Source: Abditibacterium sp. (GTDB taxonomy: Bacteria; Armatimonadota; Abditibacteriia; Abditibacteriales; Abditibacteriaceae). Taken from it: a DNA stretch of 64,000 nt. This document shows positions 38,151 through 46,475 of this stretch, piece after piece. The first letter of the stretch is position 1. The number at the start of each line of letters is the position of its first letter. The notes beneath the pieces were generated by a model, which worked only from the letters and a program-made list of their open reading frames with translations, ran no database searches and was not told the DNA's origin. Both the position numbers and the translations under genes were made by a program. The stretch spans positions 2,720,001 through 2,784,000 of the forward strand of contig CBDASK010000003.1 in assembly GCA_965199495.1 (NCBI GenBank). Reading direction: 5' to 3'.

Positions 38151-39806
38151 ATGAACTCATTTAACCTCACCGGCCATTACATTCTTGATGCCTCACTCGC
38201 GGCCTCTGCCGCGTTGCTTGAAGACTACGACAAACGCAGCATCGAAACTCCGCAGCAAATGAGCGGAGCAGATATTCTGCGCGCGTTAGAGCTGGCGGAG
38301 CAACATTTTTACTCCCGTCAAATCTCGAAAGAAAATGATGGCGATTTGCGACCGCTTTTCTACTTCTTGTTACAAGAAATTTTGCCCGGCTCACCTTGGG
38401 ATCAAGTCAAGAGTGGTGCTGTTTCCGAAGGGATGCAACGTAAATTCGCCGAATACATCGCAGAAGCGAAGAGCGCGTTGCTTCAACCTGCTATCGGCAA
38501 ATGTTACCTTTCAGGCCAAGAAGGGCACTTGCTCGTTTCCAAGTCAAATCTACCGATGTTGGCTTCGTCAGGGGAACGCCCAAACTGCTTTCCCAACTTG
38601 AGCGATGGTTTGACCATCAACGGGTATTTGGCGCTGGCCGTTTTGCTCTCTCCGCTCGGCATCGAAAAGACGCTTAACGACAAAGGAAAGGGCGGGCAGA
38701 ACTTGGTGTATCATGCGACGGATTGGCGCTTTATGGTCTCCATTGCAAAGTCGAATATTGATCGCATTCGCCGCTTGTTGGCTTCCAATTCCATTGAGGC
38801 GTTCCGCGCTCGTCATTATCCGAAGTTTCGGCGTGGCTCGTGGAAGAAAGGGCTGCAAACCCTGATGCACGCGACGCAAAACATTCCTGCTGATGCACGT
38901 CCGCAAGTCGTCATCTGGAGCTTCAACGCGTCCAACCAAACCTGTCGTTACGAGTGCCGCGAAACTTCCGACGCGTTTCTCATCATCGCTGCGCAACGAC
39001 TTTTGCAGCCTGCGCTCTACCGCGAATTACTCGGAGTTTCCGATTATGTCGCCCGGCTCATTTTGCAGAGCCAACCGATCATTGGCGCGAGCTTGATGCG
39101 CGATAAGAAGCATCTCGAAATGCGTCCGGGCTGGCCCTTTCAACGATTCTACGCCGAAAAGGTGCTTTTCATGTCTCCAACTTTACTTAACTCCATCGAA
39201 GATGCGGCGCTGGCACTTAGCGCCGACAAAGAGGCGATTAACTATTGTCTTTACGAAGAGAAGCGCCCCAACGTCCGCGTTTTGGCAGATCGCTACAAAC
39301 TCGCGCCAGAAATTGTAGCGCGCTTTGCCAATGCGCCCTCGCAATGGCCGGATTATCTGCGTGCCGCGTTGCTATGGGCCGACAAAGGTAATGCTTTTGA
39401 GCCACGACAAAAAGTCGTGTTCCAGCCGCAAGAACTCGAAGTTAAGTTCAAGGAAATCGCGCCGCGTCTGGCCCACATCGGGTCTTATAAGCTCGCGGCG
39501 CGATTACTCAATCAATACAATCCGCGCGCCTACCGACAAGCATGGATTCGACTTATCTCGCGCAAAGCCGCGACATGGGACGACTTTTTATTCTTCAACC
39601 CCATAGAAGAAGCGTTTGGCAATGGCGACTACGCCCGCACTTCTACGCTTCGCCACTACCTCGTTGCGTATTTGTTGGCTTGCGTTCACCAACAACCCCC
39701 AAACGCGACGGCTTCCGAACCTAATGAAGCCGAAATCGAACGCGACGTGCAGCAAATCGAACGCGAAATTCCCATCGCATCTGAAAACGAAGAGGAACTC
39801 ACCTAA
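38151..39806 (+). CDS. cas8: Divergent Cas8 large subunit (Cas8b1/Cst1-like)
   Basis: Position before cas7; FNLTGHYILDA, CYLSG...LPMLASS..NCFP...SPLG pattern. Confidence 0.7.
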   Translation: MNSFNLTGHYILDASLAASAALLEDYDKRSIETPQQMSGADILRALELAEQHFYSRQISKENDGDLRPLFYFLLQEILPGSPWDQVKSGAVSEGMQRKFAEYIAEAKSALLQPAIGKCYLSGQEGHLLVSKSNLPMLASSGERPNCFPNLSDGLTINGYLALAVLLSPLGIEKTLNDKGKGGQNLVYHATDWRFMVSIAKSNIDRIRRLLASNSIEAFRARHYPKFRRGSWKKGLQTLMHATQNIPADARPQVVIWSFNASNQTCRYECRETSDAFLIIAAQRLLQPALYRELLGVSDYVARLILQSQPIIGASLMRDKKHLEMRPGWPFQRFYAEKVLFMSPTLLNSIEDAALALSADKEAINYCLYEEKRPNVRVLADRYKLAPEIVARFANAPSQWPDYLRAALLWADKGNAFEPRQKVVFQPQELEVKFKEIAPRLAHIGSYKLAARLLNQYNPRAYRQAWIRLISRKAATWDDFLFFNPIEEAFGNGDYARTSTLRHYLVAYLLACVHQQPPNATASEPNEAEIERDVQQIEREIPIASENEEELT

Positions 39807-41150
39807 ATGCAAACAAACACTATCCGCCCCTTTGTTTTGGGCATCATGATGACCGACGAATGGGCCGCTTCTCCCAACATGGGTGAGCCAAAAGGCGACG
39901 GCCAAAACCAGCGTGCGGCCATGAAGTCCATCCGCACCGCCGAAGGCACACGCACGCTGATCTCCGGCCAATCTATTGGCTCGTGGCACCGTGCCACGCT
40001 TTACGACCGTTTTGGTTGGGACATTAGCGAACTGCAAGAAACAATTTCAGGGCGCGACACGCGCCAATTCTACACGCAGTGCCAGCCTATCGAATTCGCC
40101 GAGGACGACGGACGCGGCTATCTGGCGGCAGTGACGATTGTCAAAGGTTCGCCCCTCACGACCAAACGCACTTCGCCCTTTATGCTCTCCCAATTTCAGT
40201 CTTTGGCGGCTATCGCGCCCACAACTGAATTTGGCATTTTGGCGCGCGGACTGGAAGAGCTACCCGAAGAATCCAAGGGCAACATGATTTTTCAATCCGA
40301 GTTGGCCGCCGCATCTTACGCCGGAATGTTCGCGCTCAACTGTTCCGAGCTTGGCGTGTTCACCGTTGGTGCGGGCCGCGATTTGTTGCCCTTGGCCGAT
40401 CTCAAAAAAGGTTTGCCAAAGGAAAACTTCACTGCCTTGGCGAAATCCGAAGACAAGCGAACCAAAGAAGACAATACAAAAATTTCAGAGGTTACCAAGG
40501 CTTTGAAGCGTTGCGTCAATCTCGAACGCGGAGCAATGCTCGCTTTACCTGCACCAGTTCGCCAGCAACGCGCGCACGATTTGGTCGCCGCGATGGGCGA
40601 GTTGGAAGGTGGCGCGCTGATGACGCGTAGACTCTATAACGTCGCGCCCGCGTCGGCTTTGATCGCGTTTATGGATGGTGGTAACTGTCTTCCTCCCTAT
40701 GTTTTCCGCGCCGTGCGCGAAAACCCTGATTTGGGCCGCAATTCCCCGATGCGCTATGAAGTGGACATTGAGCGTTTGTGGAAGATTCTCAAAGACAATG
40801 CCACACGATTCTTGGAAATGGGCGAAAACGGGTTCAATTTGTTCTTTGGAACGCTTGGTGCGCCCACAATCGCCAATGAAGCCGCTGTGCGCGACTTGCT
40901 CGAAGGCAAAGACGAGGCTCACCCGTTGCCGCCCGAAATCAAAGCGAAGGTTTGCGATGGCCCGCGCGAAGCGGTTCGTTATGCCGCCGACTCCATCCCG
41001 CAATCTTGGTTCGCCAAGCCAGAAAAAGCTATTGAAGTCACTTCCGATTTGGCCTATGGGGAGCAATTGCTACCCGTTTTAGGAACGGAAGTCCCCGGCG
41101 CCAAAAAGGAGAAGACCAACAATGAACCCACTCTCGATTTGTCGAGTTGA
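39807..41150 (+). CDS. cas7: Cas7 (Cst2/DevR-like), longer than usual
   Basis: ISGQS...R, EDD.RGYL.A, TKRTSPF; operon position. Confidence 0.8.
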   Translation: MQTNTIRPFVLGIMMTDEWAASPNMGEPKGDGQNQRAAMKSIRTAEGTRTLISGQSIGSWHRATLYDRFGWDISELQETISGRDTRQFYTQCQPIEFAEDDGRGYLAAVTIVKGSPLTTKRTSPFMLSQFQSLAAIAPTTEFGILARGLEELPEESKGNMIFQSELAAASYAGMFALNCSELGVFTVGAGRDLLPLADLKKGLPKENFTALAKSEDKRTKEDNTKISEVTKALKRCVNLERGAMLALPAPVRQQRAHDLVAAMGELEGGALMTRRLYNVAPASALIAFMDGGNCLPPYVFRAVRENPDLGRNSPMRYEVDIERLWKILKDNATRFLEMGENGFNLFFGTLGAPTIANEAAVRDLLEGKDEAHPLPPEIKAKVCDGPREAVRYAADSIPQSWFAKPEKAIEVTSDLAYGEQLLPVLGTEVPGAKKEKTNNEPTLDLSS

Positions 41151-41802
41151 AATCGAAGCTCTTAGTGCAGCTTTTTTCGCTCCCGGCTACAACAATGATG
41201 GTTGCAAATCGTTGCCTGTGCCGCCGCCATCGGCCATCCAAGGCTTAATCGCAGCGGCAACTGGCAATCCCGGTGAGAGCGGATTTAGTGCGGCGTGGAG
41301 CTTCAAGTTTTTCGGCGATTACGAAGACTTCGAGAAGATTGTTCCTTCGCGTCGCAAGCCCAACGTTGATGACTTCGAGTCTTTTCGCACTGGTTACCGG
41401 CTCAACCGAACGCCCGTCAAACGGCGTTATCTGATCGAACCGCGTTTGACGCTTTACGTTGAACAGCGTTTAGCGAGTGCGCTTCTCGCGCCATATCACA
41501 CTTTGCGCTTGGGACGTAGCCAAGATTTAGCGTGGGTTTCCAGCGTCGAAAATACGACGCTTGAACCGACCGACGCTGCCGATATTCAGGGTGTTGTCGT
41601 GCCCTTTCCGCCGCCCCCCGGTGCGCTCGCTTCTTTTCTGTGGAATGTGCCGGGCAAAGCCACAGGTTACGACCAAAGACAGTGGAGCCAGCCCAGTCCA
41701 CACGCTTTTCTAACCGCTCGACAATCGGTGCGCGAATTGAAAAGCCGTAACTTCTATCTCGATCCACAAACCCAATTGGCTGTTCCGCTTTACCAATTAT
41801 GA
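41122..41802 (+). CDS. cas5: Cas5
   Basis: SLPVPPPSAIQGLIAAATG, P..R.YL..P.LTLY, LRLGRSQDLA. Confidence 0.9.
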   Translation: MNPLSICRVEIEALSAAFFAPGYNNDGCKSLPVPPPSAIQGLIAAATGNPGESGFSAAWSFKFFGDYEDFEKIVPSRRKPNVDDFESFRTGYRLNRTPVKRRYLIEPRLTLYVEQRLASALLAPYHTLRLGRSQDLAWVSSVENTTLEPTDAADIQGVVVPFPPPPGALASFLWNVPGKATGYDQRQWSQPSPHAFLTARQSVRELKSRNFYLDPQTQLAVPLYQL

Positions 41803-44126
41803 AAGCTCCCAACACAAGACGACAAATACTCGCTAAATCGAGTGGGATGACGCTGGAACAACATACGCGCGACGTTTGCGATGCCGCACGTATGTTGTTT
41901 CGGCTTCTGCCTTCCGCTCCTAATTTAGCGCGCGCTGCGTGGCTGCACGACTTAGGCAAAGGTGCCCTGTTTTTCCAAAAGGCGATTCGCGGTGAGAAGC
42001 ATAACGGAATGCGTCACGAGCTTTTCTCTTATTTGTGGGCCGCGAGCTTAAGAAGTGAAAACCAGTTCAGCGATGCAGAATTGGCCGCAGTTTTATCCCA
42101 TCACCGGCAACTTTGGGTTACGGAGAAGAACTTGAGAAAAGCAGAAATTGCCGAGTGGTGCAGTGACGGTTCAAATTTGGACGAAGTTGTGAGTGATCTC
42201 AAAACACTGATTTCTCAGCAACTTCGAGAATATCAAGTCGAGATTGAAACTCTCTTTGGGGATTTCCCTGCACTACGCCCAAAATATGCCGCGCAAAAGA
42301 TGCGCGACTTGCATAGTGTGTGCAAAAGCAATTCGGTGTGGACTCCCGAAGGCCGCGAATTGATGCTATACCGTGGCACTTTGGTAGCTTCCGATCACTT
42401 GGCCTCGGCGGAGTTAGGCGTTGCTTTGGCGGGCCGCACCATATTCGCGCGCCGTATGGGAAAAGTCGTAGCGGCACAAATCAAGAGACGCCCGAAAAAG
42501 CCCGGTCATTACGTTCGCCCTTGGCGCGGTTGGAGCTGGATGCAGAAACAGTGCGCGCAAACAACAGGCAATGCGCTTCTCGTGGCGCCAACGGGTGCCG
42601 GAAAGACCGAAGCCGCGTTGTTGTGGGCGTTGAATAATCGCAAAGGTGCCGAGCGCATCTTTTACGTTTTGCCTTATCAAGTTTCTATCAACGCGATGGC
42701 CAAACGACTGAGCAAACTATTTCCAGATGAAATCGGCGAAAGCGAGTTGGGCAAAAACTCCAACGTGGCTGTTGTGCATTCCAATTCGGATTTGGCTTAT
42801 TTACAGGAATCATTACGCGATGATGTCTCGCGCGATGAAGCCGAACGCATCGCCAAGGCCAACAAAGGCGCGGCGCGTCAGCTTTATTCGCCGCTCAAAG
42901 TTACGACGGTTTATCAACTGCTCAATCTGTTCTTTGGCCGCAAGTTCTTTGAAGTTGGATTGCTCGAACTCTCCAATTCGTTAGTGATTTTTGATGAAAT
43001 TCACGCCTACGATGGGCACACGATGGGTTTGATCCAAGTCTTGCTGGAATGTTTGAATCGTCTGGGCGCGCGGGTGTTTATTATGACGGCGACTCTGCCG
43101 GAAACACTCAAAACGCATTTGCGCGAGGCCGCACACATCGAACCGCACCAAGAGATTCGTCTGCCCGATAATGATCCGTTGCAAAGCGAAGCGCGGCGCG
43201 AGATTAACGTCAGCGAAGAAAACATCGAGAGTGAAGCGATTATTGAGGAAATCAAGCGACAACTGAGCGAGAACAAGCGCGTTGCTGTCGTTTGCAACAC
43301 GGTCAAAAAAGCGATTCAGATGTGCCAGCTTTTGCAGAAGCATGAGCCGTATTTGGTTCACTCGCGCTTCACTCTCGGCGACCGCGCGCGACGCGAACAA
43401 AAAGAAATTATAGAAGCGAAAAAGCTCGTTATCGCTACTCAGGTCATCGAAGTCTCGCTCGATGTTTCTTTTGGCGCGATGTTCACCGAACTCGCGCCCG
43501 CCGACGCGCTGTTACAACGTTTCGGACGCGTCAACCGGCATGGCGACGGCGTTCAGTCGGCGCCAGTGTGGATTTGTTGTGGCGAAGATTCCGGCTCGCA
43601 AAAGATTTACGATCCGCAACTTTTACAAGCAACCGCGCAGTGGGCGCGCGACTTCCAGAGTTCAGGGGACAAACTGACATTCGCCGCTTCGCTGCTTTGG
43701 ATGGAAAGCGTTTATCCGCACGGCCTCAGCGCCAATGAAGCAGAGGCGATGGAAAAGGCGCGGGCCGGATTTACCGAAGTCGTGGACAATCTCAAACCGA
43801 TGCTCGATCCGATTATAGACGCGGACTTGGAATTGACTTTGTTTGAGACGATTCAAGTCGTGCCGAGCAAATGCGAACAAAAACTGCAAGAGGTAGTTCA
43901 CGCTAAGAATTATCTCGCCGCCAAAGAGTTGCTCGTCAACGTCAACTTGCGCTCGTGGTTTGGCGCCGAGTGGCAAGCGCGCAAACAAGGATTTGAGCAT
44001 TTGCGCGAACGGCCTGATTTACACCCGACGCGCCCTTATAAAATCGCGCTCTACCGCTACGACGAGAAATTGGGTTTGTTATTGGATGATCCTTGCGACG
44101 AAAGTGATTCCAATTTTTGCATCTAA
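41799..44126 (+). CDS. cas3: Cas3 HD nuclease-helicase
   Basis: LAKS..TLEQH, HDLGK, RHE, HH, SDHLAS, APTGAGKTE, DEIH, MTATLP, HSRF, QRFGRVNRH. Confidence 0.95.
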   Translation: MKAPNTRRQILAKSSGMTLEQHTRDVCDAARMLFRLLPSAPNLARAAWLHDLGKGALFFQKAIRGEKHNGMRHELFSYLWAASLRSENQFSDAELAAVLSHHRQLWVTEKNLRKAEIAEWCSDGSNLDEVVSDLKTLISQQLREYQVEIETLFGDFPALRPKYAAQKMRDLHSVCKSNSVWTPEGRELMLYRGTLVASDHLASAELGVALAGRTIFARRMGKVVAAQIKRRPKKPGHYVRPWRGWSWMQKQCAQTTGNALLVAPTGAGKTEAALLWALNNRKGAERIFYVLPYQVSINAMAKRLSKLFPDEIGESELGKNSNVAVVHSNSDLAYLQESLRDDVSRDEAERIAKANKGAARQLYSPLKVTTVYQLLNLFFGRKFFEVGLLELSNSLVIFDEIHAYDGHTMGLIQVLLECLNRLGARVFIMTATLPETLKTHLREAAHIEPHQEIRLPDNDPLQSEARREINVSEENIESEAIIEEIKRQLSENKRVAVVCNTVKKAIQMCQLLQKHEPYLVHSRFTLGDRARREQKEIIEAKKLVIATQVIEVSLDVSFGAMFTELAPADALLQRFGRVNRHGDGVQSAPVWICCGEDSGSQKIYDPQLLQATAQWARDFQSSGDKLTFAASLLWMESVYPHGLSANEAEAMEKARAGFTEVVDNLKPMLDPIIDADLELTLFETIQVVPSKCEQKLQEVVHAKNYLAAKELLVNVNLRSWFGAEWQARKQGFEHLRERPDLHPTRPYKIALYRYDEKLGLLLDDPCDESDSNFCI

Positions 44127-44136
44127 ATTAATCATC

Positions 44137-44691
44137 ATGTTTCAAATTCCCAATTTAACCGGAACGCATCTCAATTATTGGTTGATTTGTCATCGCAAGT
44201 TATGGCTTTTTGCGCGCGGCATTTCGATGGAACTCGAAAACGAGGACGTGAAGATCGGCAAGCAAATCGGCGCGCAGAGTTATAGGCGCAGCGAGAAAGA
44301 GATCAATCTCAACGATACCGCCGTGCTTGATTTCGTCGAACATCAGAGCGGCGACGATGGCGTTTTGACGGTTCACGAAATCAAAAAATCCAAGGCCATG
44401 AACGAGGCGCACCGTTTACAAATGTTGTTTTATCTCGATTTTCTGGCGGCCAAAGGCGTGACGGCGCGCGGCATTATTGACTATCCCGAAACCAAACAAC
44501 GCGAAAGCGTCGAACTCGACGCGGGCGGCGTGGCTCTGTTGGAGCGCGCCAAAGTCGGCGCCACGCAGGTCATCGAAAGCGAGGTCGCGCCGCCGCGTCT
44601 GGACGCGATTAATCCCAAGAAACTCGCGTTTTGCCAGAAGTGCGCCTACTTCGATTTTTGTTACAGCGACGAACTTTCCAGCCACATCTGA
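44137..44691 (+). CDS. cas4: Cas4
   Basis: TGTHLNYWLICHRKLWLF, LDF, EIKKS, Q..FYL, CQKCAYFDFC. Confidence 0.95.
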   Translation: MFQIPNLTGTHLNYWLICHRKLWLFARGISMELENEDVKIGKQIGAQSYRRSEKEINLNDTAVLDFVEHQSGDDGVLTVHEIKKSKAMNEAHRLQMLFYLDFLAAKGVTARGIIDYPETKQRESVELDAGGVALLERAKVGATQVIESEVAPPRLDAINPKKLAFCQKCAYFDFCYSDELSSHI

Positions 44692-44745
44692 TTTGCTCGC
44701 CTGCCACTGCGCCGAAGTGGAGCGAACGCAATTCATTGAGTGAGG

Positions 44746-44820
44746 GAGCGGGGCTGGCGCACCCTTCCAATCCAAAATTTGCCTTCGCGCCAAGATTGGA
44801 AGGGTGCGCCAGCCCCGCTC
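44746..44820. repeat. REP-like hairpin between cas4 and cas1
   Basis: 27-bp perfect arms GAGCGGGGCTGGCGCACCCTTCCAATC and reverse complement. Confidence 0.85.
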
Positions 44821-44915
44821 TCCTGAAAATTCGGCTCGCTTCAAAATCCCATTTGGGACGGGCGACATAAGCAGCCACGGCGGGGCCGTCGCATTTTAAT
44901 CGGGACACTTTCACC

Positions 44916-46052
44916 ATGAAACGACCCTACTACATTTTTTCGGCGGGCCGCATGCAGCGCCACCAAAACACACTTTATCTGCGGCCTTTTGCCGACGCCG
45001 ACGATCCGCTCGCGGGCGACGACTGGAACGATGCCGCCGCCTTGGGCGGTTGCGCGCTCGAAGATTTGGAGGCCGACGATTTGATGCTCGTGGACTTCGA
45101 CGACAGCGCCTATTCGCCGCGCCCGACGCTGGCCAAACGCCCGATTCCCGTCAACGACATCGAAGCGATTTACCTGTTTGGCGAGTGCGATTTCAATTCG
45201 GCGTTCTTCAATTTTCTCGGCAAAAACCGCGTGCCGCTGCACTTTTTCAACTACTTCGGCTTCTACACCGGCAGCTTCTGGCCGCGCCAAGAAGTCATCT
45301 CCGGGCACACCACGGTTCATCAGGTTTTGCTTTATGCCAACGACCGCAAGCGCGTGGATTTGGCGCGCCTGTTGGTCGAGGGCGCCGCGTTTAACATTCT
45401 CAAAACGCTGCGCTACTACAACGCCGCCAGCCGGGGCCGCGACCTGAGCGCGTGGATTGACACCATCGAATCGAACCGCGCGCTTTTGCCCGCCGCCGCC
45501 GATGTGCCCACGGTGATGGGCATCGAAGGAGCCACGCGCGCCGCCTACTACGAGGCGTGGTCGCAGATTTTTAGTCCGTCGTGGGCCGAGTTTCAAAAGC
45601 GCGTCAAGCGCCCGCCCGATAACCCGGTCAACGCGCTGATCTCGTTCGTCAACAGCCTGTGCTACACGCTGTGCCTGAGCGAGATTTATCGCACCGCGCT
45701 CAACCCGACGATCTCGGTTTTGCATCAGCCCGGCCAGCGCCGCTTCTCACTGGCGCTCGATGTCTCGGAGATTTTCAAACCGGCTTTGGTGGACAGGCTC
45801 ATCTTCAAACTCATCAACAACGGCGAAATCCAGCCCAAACACTTCGATCAGGCGCTCAACTTTTGCCACCTGAATAAAGCGGGGAGGGAAATCGTCGTCA
45901 AAGCGTGGGAAGAACGCCTGCGCGATACCTTCGAGCATCGCGCGCTCAAACGCCGCGTTTCCTATCGCCGCCTGGTGCGCCTCGAATGCTACAAACTGCA
46001 AAAACATATGATCGGCATGGAAACCTACGAACCGTTCAAATGCTGGTGGTAA
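44916..46052 (+). CDS. cas1: Cas1 (type I-B) with acidic N-terminal insertion
   Basis: HFFNYFGFYTGSF, MGIEG, RPPDNPVNALISFVNS, RFSLALDVSEIFKP, LECYKL. Confidence 0.95.
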   Translation: MKRPYYIFSAGRMQRHQNTLYLRPFADADDPLAGDDWNDAAALGGCALEDLEADDLMLVDFDDSAYSPRPTLAKRPIPVNDIEAIYLFGECDFNSAFFNFLGKNRVPLHFFNYFGFYTGSFWPRQEVISGHTTVHQVLLYANDRKRVDLARLLVEGAAFNILKTLRYYNAASRGRDLSAWIDTIESNRALLPAAADVPTVMGIEGATRAAYYEAWSQIFSPSWAEFQKRVKRPPDNPVNALISFVNSLCYTLCLSEIYRTALNPTISVLHQPGQRRFSLALDVSEIFKPALVDRLIFKLINNGEIQPKHFDQALNFCHLNKAGREIVVKAWEERLRDTFEHRALKRRVSYRRLVRLECYKLQKHMIGMETYEPFKCWW

Positions 46053-46073
46053 TATAATTTTAAGGAGCAAACT

Positions 46074-46337
46074 ATGTATGTCATCGTGGTCTACGACATC
46101 GAAGTCAAACGCGTTCAAAAGGTCAGCAAATGCCTGCGAAAATGGCTGAACTGGGTGCAAAACTCAGTTTTCGAGGGCGAAGTCACGCCCGCCACACTGC
46201 GCCAGATCAAAGGCGAACTCGCCCAAATCATCAACCCGCTCGAAGACAGCGTACTGTTCTACCAAATCCCCGCCGCCACCAAATGGCAGCGCGACGTGAT
46301 GGGCATCGAAAAACTCAGCACGAGCAACTTCCTTTAA
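46074..46337 (+). CDS. cas2: Cas2
   Basis: MYVIVVYDI, WVQNSVFEG, DSV; AAGGAG Shine-Dalgarno. Confidence 0.95.
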   Translation: MYVIVVYDIEVKRVQKVSKCLRKWLNWVQNSVFEGEVTPATLRQIKGELAQIINPLEDSVLFYQIPAATKWQRDVMGIEKLSTSNFL

Positions 46338-46475
46338 GGTAAAATACCTCCCAGTCGTCGGCTCCTCGAAGTTTTAACTGCATCCCAACTCGACGCGTGT
46401 CAAGTCAATTTCATGCCAATAATTGCGTAACTTTAAACATGTAAAGCTACACAATTCCGGGCAAGAAGTGAGGGG
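46338..46475 (+). promoter_or_regulatory. CRISPR leader
   Basis: Comparatively AT-rich non-coding stretch between cas2 and the first repeat. Confidence 0.7.
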
